A DNA stretch of 64,000 nucleotides, taken from NCBI GenBank assembly GCA_030390025.1, contig CM059432.1, forward strand, positions 8,928,001 through 8,992,000, given 5' to 3'. The DNA is from Squalus acanthias. Taxonomy: Eukaryota. Made by a program: the position numbers and the translations under genes. Below are positions 36,445 to 48,489 of this stretch, in pieces (within the stretch, counting starts at the first letter, position 1; every line of letters starts with the position of its first letter). Under the pieces are notes generated by a model that was given only the letters and a program-made list of their open reading frames with translations, had not been told where the DNA came from and made no database searches.

Positions 36445-38778
36445 GGGCTGAATTTTAATAGCCCTGAGGAGGCGGGTTTGGAGGCGGGTCGGCAGTGAAA
36501 ATCGGAAAAAATGGCTTCAGACACCCAACTCGCATCCAGCCCGCCCCCCACGCGATTTTCATGAGTGTCGGGTCAACCGCTCCCAAACTGACCCGACGGG
36601 AACCGGTGGGACAGGTAGTTAAGGCAGTTAAGAGCCTGTTAACTGCCTTGTTAATCCTATTTTTATCGTGGTTTCCCATTTTCGTGCCTCTGGCTCCTGT
36701 TTCCCGTCTTGTCAGAAACAGGCCAGCTGCAAGGAGACGAGTTGGTGGAGGACATGATTTGTAGTCATTGGTGCAGCACTTTAAAAGCGCTCCTGTAACA
36801 TGGCTGACATTCAAATGCAACAACTTTGTTGTTGGAGGTTTGGGATAAGACTTTGCAAATCTACTGACCTTGACTGTTCACGCTGACACCCATCTGCAGT
36901 GTTACCTGATTGGAATAATTTCAGGCCACTTTGTGTGTGCGCTTGCAAGCTTCTTGCCTCAACTGAAATCTATAGCAACAGGATGGGAACCATTTACATC
37001 CTCTCATCCTGGTCATCAGATTCAGAGGAAGAGCAGCCGCAGCAGCACCACAACCATCCACAACAGCAGCACCAGGAGCGCCAACCTCCTCCTCACCCAC
37101 CTGATGCTACACTGGACACAGGGCATCAGCCCCTGACAAAATTGCTGGCTGGGAGGCCAGCGATGGCATTACCATGGCTAGATTTTCTGCACTTGACGCT
37201 GTTAACACTGGCTGCCATATGATGCGCCCGGTTGACACCATCCCACACCAGCACCGTGAAGCATCCTTTTAATGTCCAAGCCATTCCATGCACACACATC
37301 ACTATCGCGAGGGGGCGGGGTGGGGGGGGGGGGAGTGGCGAGTTATGTTTGAACAATCACTGGAACTCAGTAAGACACTTCTCACGGTGCGCTCAGATCT
37401 GTCCAATAAGGGTCACTTTTGGAAAAAGATATTACACTATATGACAACACATTACCAGAAACTTCACATGGACATTGGCTAAACCTCTCAAGTGCCGACC
37501 CTTGTGTGTTGTTAGTTGGTATGCTTGCAGTAGGATGAGGGTGAGTGTGAGGGGTGGCTAGTGAGATGGGGAAGTGATAATGGCCCAAAAATTAGTGCCG
37601 CTACGCGAGAGTACGCACTGTGTACTCTCGCGTATTCTGTCTCCAATTGCCGGTTTTCTGCATGCACTGCGCATGCGCTGAAAACCGGCACTTGGTGAAT
37701 TCAAAAGGGGGCGGTTCCTAGGTGAACCGCGTGCGCGCTACAGGCTGCGCGCACGCAGTGCACTTAATGCTTTGGACGCGCAGGTAAGCATGGAAGATTT
37801 TAGACATAAAGAAAGAAGGTGTAAGACCCTCTTTTAACAAGGTAAGTACTTAATTAAGTATTATTTTGAATTTTTTTTAACAGGTATATCTTTTTTAGAG
37901 ACTTTAAAGACAGGTAAGTTTATTTTTATAACTTTTTAAAAGATTTTAAATTTTTTCAAATATTTAATTTTTTGTTTAAAATGGTTAATTTATTTAACTA
38001 TACTTATTTTATTAATGTGATGGGTTTTTTTTTAAATTTAATTGAGGTTTAGCTGTTCTTTTGGGGGGGTATAGTATTCATAGCTTTCACAGCCCTTATG
38101 TGAAAGCTATGAATGAAAGATGGTGTGCTGCCATTGGCTCTAACTGAGTCACGTGATCCCACAGCTCGCACGAATTAACTACGCCTGTGGGATACGAAAG
38201 CCCTGCACAGCTGCTGTCCAGAACATCAAGTTCGTGCGAGTTCGGACTGAAAAAGCCAGCGCGCAGTGAGAGATCGCGGGGAGGCCTTACCCTCGCACGA
38301 AGGCTCACTCACTAATTTTTGGGCCAATATAGATAGAGAGGGTTGGGTGGAGGTGCAAGGTAAGTTGGTGTCCTGGGAGGTCTCTTCCGCCCTTGGAAGG
38401 GAAGAAAACCTCCCTGCGTGCTGTGACTCCCTCCATAAGCATATAGAGGGAGTCATTGGAGAGTCTGGGTGCAGCCATGCACCTTTGTGCAGTGCTTGTC
38501 AGTGTTTGCAGCACCTCAATGCTGTCAAACACTGACAGATCAACTGTCAAACTCATTGTGGCCCTGGTTCCTTTAAGGAAACCGGCTGATGACGCGTCAT
38601 CAAATTACGTCATCAGACCCGCTTCCTGTTAATTGGCCGGTAAGCCCGTAGGGCGGGGCTTAACAAGGCCAATCAAGGGAAAATCACGTCTGCAGAGCGG
38701 AGGCAGCTGGGGGCGGGACCGGAACGCGGAAACCAGCTGACCCGCACCCATCCCGCCTCCAGAATTAAATTCGCGGCC
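36445..38778. mobile_element. Internally deleted PIF/Harbinger transposon
   Basis: Imperfect TIRs gggctgaattttaat / aattaaattcgcggcc; 3-bp TSD AAC (36442-36444 and 38779-38781) splitting a Penelope-type repeat. The minus-strand remnant MAAPRLSNDSLYMLMEGVTARREVFFP (in ORF 38305..38556) resembles the start of a Myb/SANT-like Harbinger partner protein. Confidence 0.7.
37582..38325 (+). mobile_element. 744-bp Harbinger-like MITE nested in the Harbinger relic
   Basis: Perfect 16-bp TIR GGCCCAAAAATTAGTG / CACTAATTTTTGGGCC; TSD AAT (37579-37581 and 38326-38328). Confidence 0.9.
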
Positions 38779-38835
38779 AACATTTCAGGTCGATGACCTG
38801 AGTGGACTCTGACCAAAGGTCATCGTGCCTGAAAC

Positions 38836-39445
38836 GGCCCTGAATTTAACTCCAGGTGGATTCCTCGCTCAGGTCTGAGTTAAAATTACAGTCGGGTCTC
38901 AATGATGTCATTGGGCCACAACATGCATATTTAAAGAAGGGAGGATGTTTCCCCTGGCTGGGGAGTCTAGAACCAGGGTTTCACAGTCTCAGAATAAGGG
39001 TCGGCCATTTAGGACTGAGATGCGGAGAAATTTCTTCGCTCAGAGGGTGGTGAATCTTTGGAATTCTCTACCCCAGAGGGCTGTGGAGGCTCAGTCGTTG
39101 AGTACATTCAAGACAGAGATCGATAGAATTTTGAATATTAAGGGAATCAAAGGATATGGGGATAGTGCAGGAAAGTGGAGATGAGGTAGAAGATCAGCCA
39201 TGATCTTATTGAATGGCGGAGCAGGCTCAAAGGGCCAAATGGCCGACTCCTGCTCCTATTTCTTATGTTCTTATGTTCTGATGACCCTGTTGTCTCCGGG
39301 CGGGTGTCCTTGCTGCCTGCTCAGGAGAACAGGCTAAAATTGCAGATGTTGCGATCAGGGCGGCTTTCGGCCAGGTAAGACCCAGGGGCGATTTTAACTG
39401 CCTGCCCGCCAGGTTTCTGCTGAGCGAGTAGGGTTAAAACACCCC
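38836..39445. mobile_element. Harbinger-like MITE relic interrupted by CR1 (about 38937..39278)
   Basis: Starts ggccctgaatttaac, ends gttaaaacacccc; CR1 ORF 38945..39184 lies inside. Confidence 0.5.
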
Positions 39446-40810
39446 TCACAGATGCTACGATAGCAAAATACTGCGGATGCTGGAAATCCGAAATAACAAC
39501 AGAAAACACTGGAAAAACTCAGCAGGCCAGGCAGCATCCGTGGAGAGAGAAACAGAGATGCTGCCTGAGCTGCTGAGTGTTTCCAGCATTTTCTGTTTTT
39601 ATTGCAGTTTCTTTAAACCTTCTCTGCCCTAAAGGTTAAAACTTTATATCTGCCGTATGTTTGGCTATTTTCCCTGCCACATAAACTTTTTAATATTATG
39701 TAGGACCTGAAAATTGCATAAAATATATTTAGCAAGTGAAAAATTTCCAGTAAATATCTGGAGACTGAGATCCTGTTGAAACTCTTGTTCTTTGCTGTTC
39801 CCGCTAATGCTATTGCCCAGAGAGCTGTTGGATTTGGAGCTTCGAGGGCAAGTGATTGGTCATTGCTTGCATCACCTCAGAAGACAGCATTTTCACTGCC
39901 AGTGGGAGTTTTAATGCAAACTCGCGCTACGTCTTTCGGACGGGACGTTAAACCGAGGGCCCCGTCTGCGCTCTCGGGTGGACGTAAAAGATCCCACGGC
40001 CACTATTTCGAAGAAGAGCAGGGGAAGTTCTCCCCGGTGTCCTGGGGCCAATATTTATCCCTCAACCAACGTCGCAGACAAAAAAAAAACCCCAGATGAT
40101 CTGGTCATTATCACGTCGCTGCCGGTGGGATCTTGCTGTGCACAAATCGGCTGCCGCGTTTCCCACATTGCAGCGGTGACTATGCTCCAAAAAAAGTGCT
40201 TCATTGGCTGCAAAGCGCTTTGGGACGTCCTGAGGTCGCGAAAGGCGGCTGTAGAAAAGCGAGTCCTTTTTTTTGTTACGAACGGTAAGTGGAGACATTC
40301 GCAGATCTTGTCGTGGGAATGTCGCGCAGCAACGCATCACTCGCCCTTTTGACGAGGTGTAATTGCTTGCGAGAGAACGCGCCTGACTTTTCAGATGAAC
40401 TCTCTGTATTAGTGGGGGCGGTGGGGGGGGTGGGGGAAAGGTCACTGGAACACTGGCTAGAATCCTTTAAAGCTTTGGGTTTCCAGTGCTCTTGAAAGTA
40501 GATGGAAAATGTGAAATACCGGGGGGGATTCGGCTGAGGAAGTCTGCAAATTACAACATCTCAAAAAATGGCTTATGCTGCTGAAAAGTTCATCCAAAGG
40601 AAGAGATTTGATGGACTCACGTGAATCAAACTGTCTCTCGGCAAATTAATTTTGCAGGAAATTTCTGGCTGGCTGGGGCTGCACACAATATCCTTCACAC
40701 CGGCATTTATCCATTCGCGGGACATGTGGCATTTTTCCGGATTCATTTTGTGGAGCTCCAAGTTTTACATAATAAAAATCAAATGGTACGCTTCTCTGTG
40801 AATTGCGCAG

Positions 40811-40947
40811 GTATTCCATTGATCGTCATACTGATCGGGACAGAATTTTCAACATTGATGCAAATAATGGAACCATAACGACTTCCCAATCCCTTGACCG
40901 AGAGGCAGTCCCTTGGCACAATTTATCAGTCTCTGCATCGGAAGCAA
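40811..40947 (+). CDS. cdh19: Type II cadherin coding exon, EC4 middle
   Basis: gcgcag|GTATTCC...GAAGCAA|gtaagt; 137 nt, phase 2-1. YSIDRHTDRDRIFNIDANNGTITTSQSLDREAVPWHNLSVSASEA. Confidence 0.93.
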
Positions 40948-42639
40948 GTAAGTCCTTTCTTCATCTTGAATTCTTTGTGATTCTTGACACAAACGCTGGG
41001 CACCGTCCCAGCTGAATTTCATCAACTAACTTTTTTTTTCATTTTTCCTGGTAACCTATTAAATATCCTTTATAATAACGATTCTCGTGTAGGTCACACA
41101 CTTCCAAGTCTGTTGTCTATGTTGAGTCTGTGTTGAGCAGTTAATCAATTCTCATCTTCCTGACAGGCAAGGGTAGCGAGGGTTACGGAACCAAGGCGGG
41201 GTAGATGGAGTTAAGATACAGATCAGCCCAGATCTAATTGAACGGTGGGACAGGTTCGAGGGGCTGAATGGCCTCATCCTGTTCCTATGTTCCCAGGTCA
41301 AGCATTTAAGTCTCTCTTTGTTTGCTCTTTTCTGATTGGCGAACAACAGAAGTAGAAAATAAACAATCAATGAATGCAAAATTGTAATCTCTCCAATTTC
41401 AATTTTTCTTCATAACTATATTCTAGCAAAATAAAATTCTCTGGAATCAATCTGTCAGGACAGTCCCTTCTTCACCCCACTATATAACCTATAAATAAAA
41501 GATATTGTACAATGAACTGATCCATGGCTCCAACCATTTCCCCCCTCCCCAACACAACACTCCCCAACAGGCTTCTAAACATCCTAGACTCTGGGTACAC
41601 CCTCTGCTCCCCATCTTATGCATTACTAATCTTCCTCCAGCCAGCTGACTCCTCACATTACGAGGCCTCCCAATATTCATAGAGCGCATCTCCTAATGAG
41701 ATGGCCGTCGCCAGGTCCTTCATATGGTCAATGCTCCAATGCCCATGCAAGCTGCCCAGCCGATGCCTGACAGTCAAAGACCTCCCAACACCTCCATCAT
41801 ATACTCAAACCAGCCAACTGAAGTCCTGACTTTATTTATTAAACTTATGAACCGCGCCAGAAGGACAATTATACAACTCAACGAGTTGCAAGTCATAGCA
41901 CAGCGATGGAGTGGCGAGGAGGAATTGTAGAGTAACCATCGGAGAGACTGAAGAAAGGGGGCAACGGGATGAGCTCGCAGAAGGAGGTGAAATGTTTTGA
42001 GGCGAAGGGAGTAAGATGAGAAAGAGCAAGGGCACTTGCAGTCACAATGCCCTGAGCACTGCCCACCCACCCACCAGCAACAGCAGAGAGAGATCAGGCC
42101 CAATTCATATAAATCCTACCGCAATTCCAGGGGAGATCAACTAGTTACAAATAATGTTCCTTACCCTCGGATAAGGGCCACTGGCAGAATGTTTGTCTGT
42201 CGTGTACCAAGACCATCCTCCCTCTTCCTACAAGAGAGCGTCAAAGATTTCTTGAGTACCATTTCTGAACGGCTTGGTTAACACAGTCCCAAGTTCACTA
42301 TTATAAAAGCAACAACAACTTGCATTTATATAGTGCCTTTAACATGGAAAATCATTCCAAGGGGCTTCACAGAAGTTGAATCAGACAAATACCCACTCCG
42401 AGCCGAAGAAGGAGGTATTCGGAGGGGTGACTAAAAGCTTGGTAAAGGAGGTAGGTTTTAAGCAGGGTTTTCTTCAGGACACATAAGTCAATTTGTCAAT
42501 TTAATTTTTTAAGTGCTGAAACAAACATTGATGTTACAGTAATAAAACTATTGGTAACATTCGAATAGCTTTATTATTGTAATAGTTCTATGCTTTAATT
42601 TTGCGATCATATCAAATTAAACAGCCTGCTTTCACCTTT

Positions 42640-43300
42640 TTTAAAATTCGTTTTATGGGATGTGGGCGTCGCTGACAAAGCCAGCATTTATTGCCCATCC
42701 CTAGTCGCCCTTGAGAAGGTGGTGGTGAGCCGTCTTCTTCTTGAACCGCTGCAGTCCGTGTGGTGAAGATGCTCCCACAGTGCTGTTAGGGAGGGAGTTC
42801 CAGGATTTTGACCCAGCGACAATGAAGGAACAGCGATATACTTCCAAGACAGCGTGGTGTGTGACTTGCAGGGGAACTTGGAGGTGGTGGTGTTCCCATG
42901 CGCCTGCTGCCCTTGTCCTTCTAGGTGGGAGAGGTCGCGGGTTTGGGAGGTGCTGCCGAAGAAGCCTTGGCGAGTTGCTGCAGTGCATCTTGTAGATGGT
43001 ACACACTGCAGCCACGGTACGCCGGTGGTGGAGGGAGTGAATGTTTAAGATGGTGGATGGGGTGCCAATCAAGTGGGATGCTTTGTCTTGGATGGTGTCA
43101 AGCTTCTTGAGTGTTGTTGGAGCTGCACTCATCCAGGCAAGTGGAGAGTATTCCATCACACTCCTGACTTGTGCCTTGTAGATGGTGGAAAGGCTTTGGG
43201 GAGTCAGGAGGGGAGACACTCGCCACAGAATACCCAGCCTCTGACCTGCTCTTGTTGCCACAGTATTTATGTGGCTGGTCCAGTTTAGTTTCTGGTCAAT
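42640..43300 (-). mobile_element. Family-B LINE 3' fragment
   Basis: ORF 42701..43360 (IDQKLNWTSHINTVATRAGQRLG...YKAQVRSVMEYSPLAW). Confidence 0.85.
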
Positions 43301-43692
43301 TGAAAGGCCCAAACGGTGTCCACTGAATCGTTCCTTCTCTCCAATGAAAACAGGTTCCATTCTGCGAAACCGTCATTGTAGCAAATACAAAATCATTTCC
43401 ACTTTTTGAAATTAATATCGATCAGCAATACTTTACACCAGAAAATAACAGAGAATGTGCAAGGCCGTAAAATTAATTACAAAAATAAACATACAGACAT
43501 AAGCGTGGCCTAGAAATTCATCTTGGCCGGTGGTGCAAAACGGGGGTTATCTAATCGACCGTCCATTAGGACAGTGCGTATAACGGGCAGCCGATCCGAT
43601 ACCGCCCGCTTTGCGCCACCGCCGGAGACGAATTTCTAGCCCAAACACACACACACCTGCTCATCTTCTTAACTATCCATTGTTTCGTCCAG

Positions 43693-43814
43693 GTGATCCG
43701 AAGAAAGTTACTTCGATGTCGGTGCATATTCGAGTCCTCGACCACAATGATCACGCTCCCGTATTCCCAATTCCATACGAGACATTTGTGTGTGAAAACG
43801 CAAAGCACGGCCAG
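43693..43814 (+). CDS. cdh19: Type II cadherin coding exon, EC4-EC5 junction
   Basis: gtccag|GTGATCC...GGCCAG|gtaaga; 122 nt, phase 1-0. (S)DPKKVTSMSVHIRVLDHNDHAPVFPIPYETFVCENAKHGQ. Confidence 0.92.
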
Positions 43815-44124
43815 GTAAGAATGCCCCTGTAAATATGAGACTGTCTCAGTTGCAATTTCTTCACATTTAGCCTGTTGTGGAAATATGTATCGGCTTGTCT
43901 GCTTGCCAAGAGTTCGGTTATTGCTTTGATCAGCTGACACATGCTACTGCTGAAACAATCGTTATTGGCAATGAAAACGTCAGTGTTTTTACCAAGAGCA
44001 GATCTAATACTGAAACTGTGATTTTATTTTGCACTATTGCTTTATCATGTGGGATGATCAAAAAGAAACCACAGAGTGACATTATGTCATATAAGCCCAC
44101 CAACTAAAATGCGGCATTAATGTT

Positions 44125-44790
44125 CATAGAATCATAGAATCATAGAATGGTTACAGCACAGAAGGAGGTCATTCGGCCCGTCGAGCCCGTGCCGGCTCTC
44201 TGCAAGAGCACTTCAGCTAGTCCCACTTTCCCCGCCCTTTCCCCGTAGCTCTGCAAATTTTTTCCTTCAGGTACTTATCCAATTCCTTTTTGAAAGCCAC
44301 GATTGAGTCTGCCTCCACCACACTCTCAGGCAGTGCATTCCAGATCCTAACCACTTGCTGCGTAAAAAAGTTTTTCCTCATGTCGCCTTTGGTCCTTTTG
44401 CCAATCACCTTGAATCTGTGTCCTCTGGTTCTCGACCCTTCTGCCAATGGGAACAGTTTCTCTCTATCTACTCTGCCTAGACTCCTCATGATTTTGAACA
44501 CCTCTATCAAATCTCCTCTCAATCTTCCTTGCTGTTGTACTCTGTGCCTCTATTTATGAAGCCCAGAATCCCGTAAGCTTTTTTAACCGCTTTCTCAACC
44601 TGCCCTGCCACCTTCAATGATTTGTGCACATACACCCCCAGGTCTCTCTGTTCACGCACCCCCTTTAGGATTGTACCCTTTAGTTTATATTGCCTCTCCT
44701 CATTCTTCCTACCAAAATGTATCACCGCACTTTTCTGCATTAAATTTCATCTGCCACATGTCCGCCCATTCCACTAGCCTGTCTATGTGT
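44125..44790 (-). mobile_element. CR1 fragment with internal deletion
   Basis: ORFs 44217..44522 and 44519..44740 (RDLGVYVHKSLKVAGQV); (catagaat)n tail. Confidence 0.82.
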
Positions 44791-45888
44791 TGGAGTAAAA
44801 TTCCAATTTCTAGTTTGAGATGACATCTGTATCAGTGAAACTTTTGCTGTCTCTCTCACACTTCAGATGCCATGCTTTCAATCTTTTATAAAAAGCGTTT
44901 CAAAAAATGTAAAAAGATGAAAAAACCCAGGGGAGAAATGAAGAGAACTGGTTTTTTATGCAGCGAGTTGTTATGATCTGGAATGCACTGCCTGAAAAGG
45001 CAACGGATTTAATAGTAACTATTCAAAAGGGAACTGGATACGTACTAAAAAAAAAGAAACGCTTGCAGGGCTATGTGGAAGGGGCGGGGGAGTGGGGCGA
45101 ATTGGTAGAATCATAGAATCATAAAAAGTTACAGCACGGAAGGAGGCCATTTCGGCCCATCGTGTCCGCGCCGGCCAACAAAGAGCTATCCAGCTTAATC
45201 CCACTTCCCAGCTCTTGGTCCGTAGCTCTCACAAAACTTTCCCCAGCTACCAGAACTACGAATTGACCTCAGGGTGTGCTTATTCACATCATTCCTCAGC
45301 GGAGGTATCTGAGCAGTGGCTTCGAAAGAGACAAGTTAAAGCGCAGTTCCATCCTCGCAGCTAAACATCATAACTGTGCTCCTGACCCCAGCCTGCCAAT
45401 CATTTAGTGTTCATGGGCCGCTCCAGAGACTTGAGCACATAAATCTAGGCTGACACTCCCAGTGCAGTGCTGAGGGAGTGCCGCACTGTCGGAGGTGCCG
45501 TCTTTTGGATAAGACGTTAAACCGAGGCCCCGTCTGCTCTCTCAGGTGGAGGTAAAAGATCCCATGGCACTATTTCGAAGAAGAGCAGGGCAGTTATCCC
45601 CGGTGTCCTGGCCAATATTTATCCCTCAATCAACATCACTGAAACTGATTATCTGGCCATTATCACATTGCAGTTTGTGGGAGCTTGCTGTGTGCAAATT
45701 GGTTGCCGCGTTTCCTACATTACAACAGTGACTCCACTTCAAAAAGTACTTCATTGGCTGTAAAGCGCTTTGGGAGGTCTGGTAGTCGTGAAAAGCGCTG
45801 TAGAAATGCAAGTCTTTCTTTCTAATAAAGGACAAGGTGAGATCTTTGAGTTCTATATTTGACCAATTTCAACTCTTTCCTACTTTAG

Positions 45889-46006
45889 CTCATTCAAACC
45901 ATCAGCGCAGTGGACAAGGATGAGCCATCGGAAGGACATCACTTTTTCTTTGCTCTGGCGTCAGATGCTGCCAGAAATCCCAATTTTACTGTTCGAGACA
46001 ATCAAG
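45889..46006 (+). CDS. cdh19: Type II cadherin coding exon, EC5 N-half
   Basis: actttag|CTCATT...AATCAAG|gtagga; 118 nt, phase 0-1. LIQTISAVDKDEPSEGHHFFFALASDAARNPNFTVRDNQ. Confidence 0.92.
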
Positions 46007-46510
46007 GTAGGACACTCGGGATGTGCCTGAGCGAGTGGGTTTGCTTACGTCTCGGGCGTTCTGCGGTGACCCCTGCTGTGGTGCGAGATGCTCACTGGAT
46101 TTTTGCGCGTTATCGACACGCGTTCTGGTGTGTGATAGACAATAATTGTGAAGAGTGCAGCGATCACAGCAGCAACAGGCGATCTCATTACTGTAGAAGC
46201 AGCAATTGAATTTCCACTTGTAGTTGTTCTCAGCTCGCCAGTCAACAAGAATAAGCTATTTCCGCTCCCCCCCCCCTCCCCCCAGAGCATTGTAAATCAC
46301 TGGAGTGTTGGCGGCTCCACAGAAATTCCTGTCTCTCCTTTTGCTATAACGGTCTTTTGAGTTTTCCTTTTTAACTGTGGCCGATCCATCCGAATGTCAG
46401 TTGGGACAGGTTTTAGTTTGCTGTGCACACGTTGTGATGCATAGCTCCTCTGAAGAATTCCACTGTTCGGACTCAATTGATCAGATGAAGTTAATCTATG
46501 AGTACTCCTA

Positions 46511-47052
46511 TTTTGTTCTTTTCTTTCTTTCTTTCTTTCCTTCTTTCTCACTTTCTTTCTCTCTTTCCTTCTTTCTTTCCTTCCTTCTTTCTCACTTTCT
46601 TTCCTTCCTTCCTTCCTTCTTTCTTTCTTTCCTTCCTTCCTTCTTTCTCACTTTCTTTCTCTCTTTCTTTCTTTCCTTCCTTCTTTCTTTCCTTCCTTCT
46701 TTCTCTCTTTCCTTCCTTCCTTCTTTCTTTCTTTCTTTCCTTCCTTCCTTCTTTCTCACTTTCTTTCTCTCTTTCTTTCCTTCTTTCTTTCTTTCTTTCC
46801 TTCCTTCTTTCTTTCCTTCCTTCTTTCTCACTTTCTTTCCTTCCTTCCTTCTTTCTCACTTTCTTTCTTTCTTTCCTTCCTTCTTTCTCACTTTCTTTCC
46901 TTCCTTCCTTCTTTCTCACTTTCTTTCTTTCTTTTCTTCCTTCTTTCATTTTCTTTCCATCTTTCTTTTTTCTTTCTTTCCGTCTTTCTTTTTTCTTTCC
47001 GTCTTTCTTTCTTGCTTTCTTTCTGTCTTCCCCTCTCTTTCTCTCTCTCTCT
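46511..47052. repeat. Compound polypyrimidine microsatellite (TTTC/TTCC with recurring CTCACTTT)
   Basis: About 540 bp almost purely C/T on the + strand. Confidence 0.97.
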
Positions 47053-48489
47053 AGATAAGTAGCTATAGAGTGAGTGCGTGAATCCCACTGCTTAGTCCTT
47101 GAAAGGCCCCTGGATGACGAGTGTCCCTTGTACCGTTTAATAATTCAAGTTAACCCATACCATACTTGGTTAAACGGTGTTGAAAGCCTCTATTGTTCAC
47201 AGAGTGACTTAAATATATTCAAAATAAGTTAGTGCTACACCTTGGAAGCCTAGTCTATCTAATGATGGAATTATCCACCCATTCATAGTCAATGGTCACA
47301 AAAATATTGTCTTCAAATGTTTTACGTAAACACATCTGATGCACTACTTTCTGTATTTTTTTTAAATTACCCAGGAACTATGTAAATAGAGGACCCAAAA
47401 TAAATCTGCATCTCTCATTCTTACTTGCCATGCAAAGTATGAGAGTACACAATACAAACATAAGAAATAGGAGCAGGAGTAGGCCATAGGACCCCTCAAG
47501 CCTGCTCCGCCATTCAATGAGATCATGGCTGATCTTTGACCTCATCCAAATGGTCAGTCTTCGTGAGTGGGATGAGACAATGATCGTTAGAATCACAACC
47601 TGGCTTGATCTTGACCTAATACAACATTCACTTTGTAGCATGAGTCACTTGGTATCAATCAGGAGAGGTAATGCTGACTGTTGTTTTCCCCTCCTCTCTA
47701 GCCCGGGGGCACAATGGCAATTGTAACATAAGAACATTAAAACAGAAGAAATAGAAGCAGGAGTCAGCCATACGGCCCCTCGAGCCTGCTCCACCATTCA
47801 ATAAGATCACGGCTGCTCTTCGACCACAACTCCACTTTCCCACCCGATCTCCATATCCCTTGATTCCCCTAGAGTCCAAAAATCTATCTATCTCAGCCTT
47901 GAATATACTCAACGACTGAGCCTCCACAGCCCTCTGGGGCAGAGAATTCCAAAGATTCACCACCCTCTGAGTGAAGAAATTTCTCCTCATCTCAGTCCTG
48001 AGTGATATATTTCTGTGCAATAACACAACAACAGCATAAACTAGAACTAGCACAGAACTAGAAAAGACCATCCTTAAGCCTGTTCCTTTCTTAGATCATA
48101 TGTAGTTTCAGCACTAAGGGAACTGTTTCTACAATGCAAATAGTTAGATAGATAATTTGGCACATTGAGATTCATGGAAAATCCTATCAGGCGCTGACGA
48201 TATATCTGCCAACCGATTGGAATGTGTAAAATGTAAAATCTATCTCGTGATGTAAATGCAATTACTTCCTTGGAGGATACTATAGCCACATTAGTTAGTC
48301 TTCTTATATGCTTGATATATCAGGAAGAATCAAAAAATGTAATTAAAATCCTTTTTTAACCTTTCCCCCAGTCTCCCATTATACACACAAACCCTTCTTT
48401 GTGGGTCAGCCCCACAGGGACCACATTTCATTTTTGATCCATTCAGCCAGAATAGCCCTTCCTTGCCTCTCTCTCTCTCTCTCCTCCAA

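Noticed and set aside
36899..37222. Domesticated HARBI1/NAIF1-like host gene
   Set aside because: Only short terminal remnants inside a TIR/TSD-bounded deleted transposon; no DDE core is visible.
46377..47088. Long F/S/L-rich and K/E/R-rich ORFs
   Set aside because: Translations of the polypyrimidine microsatellite.
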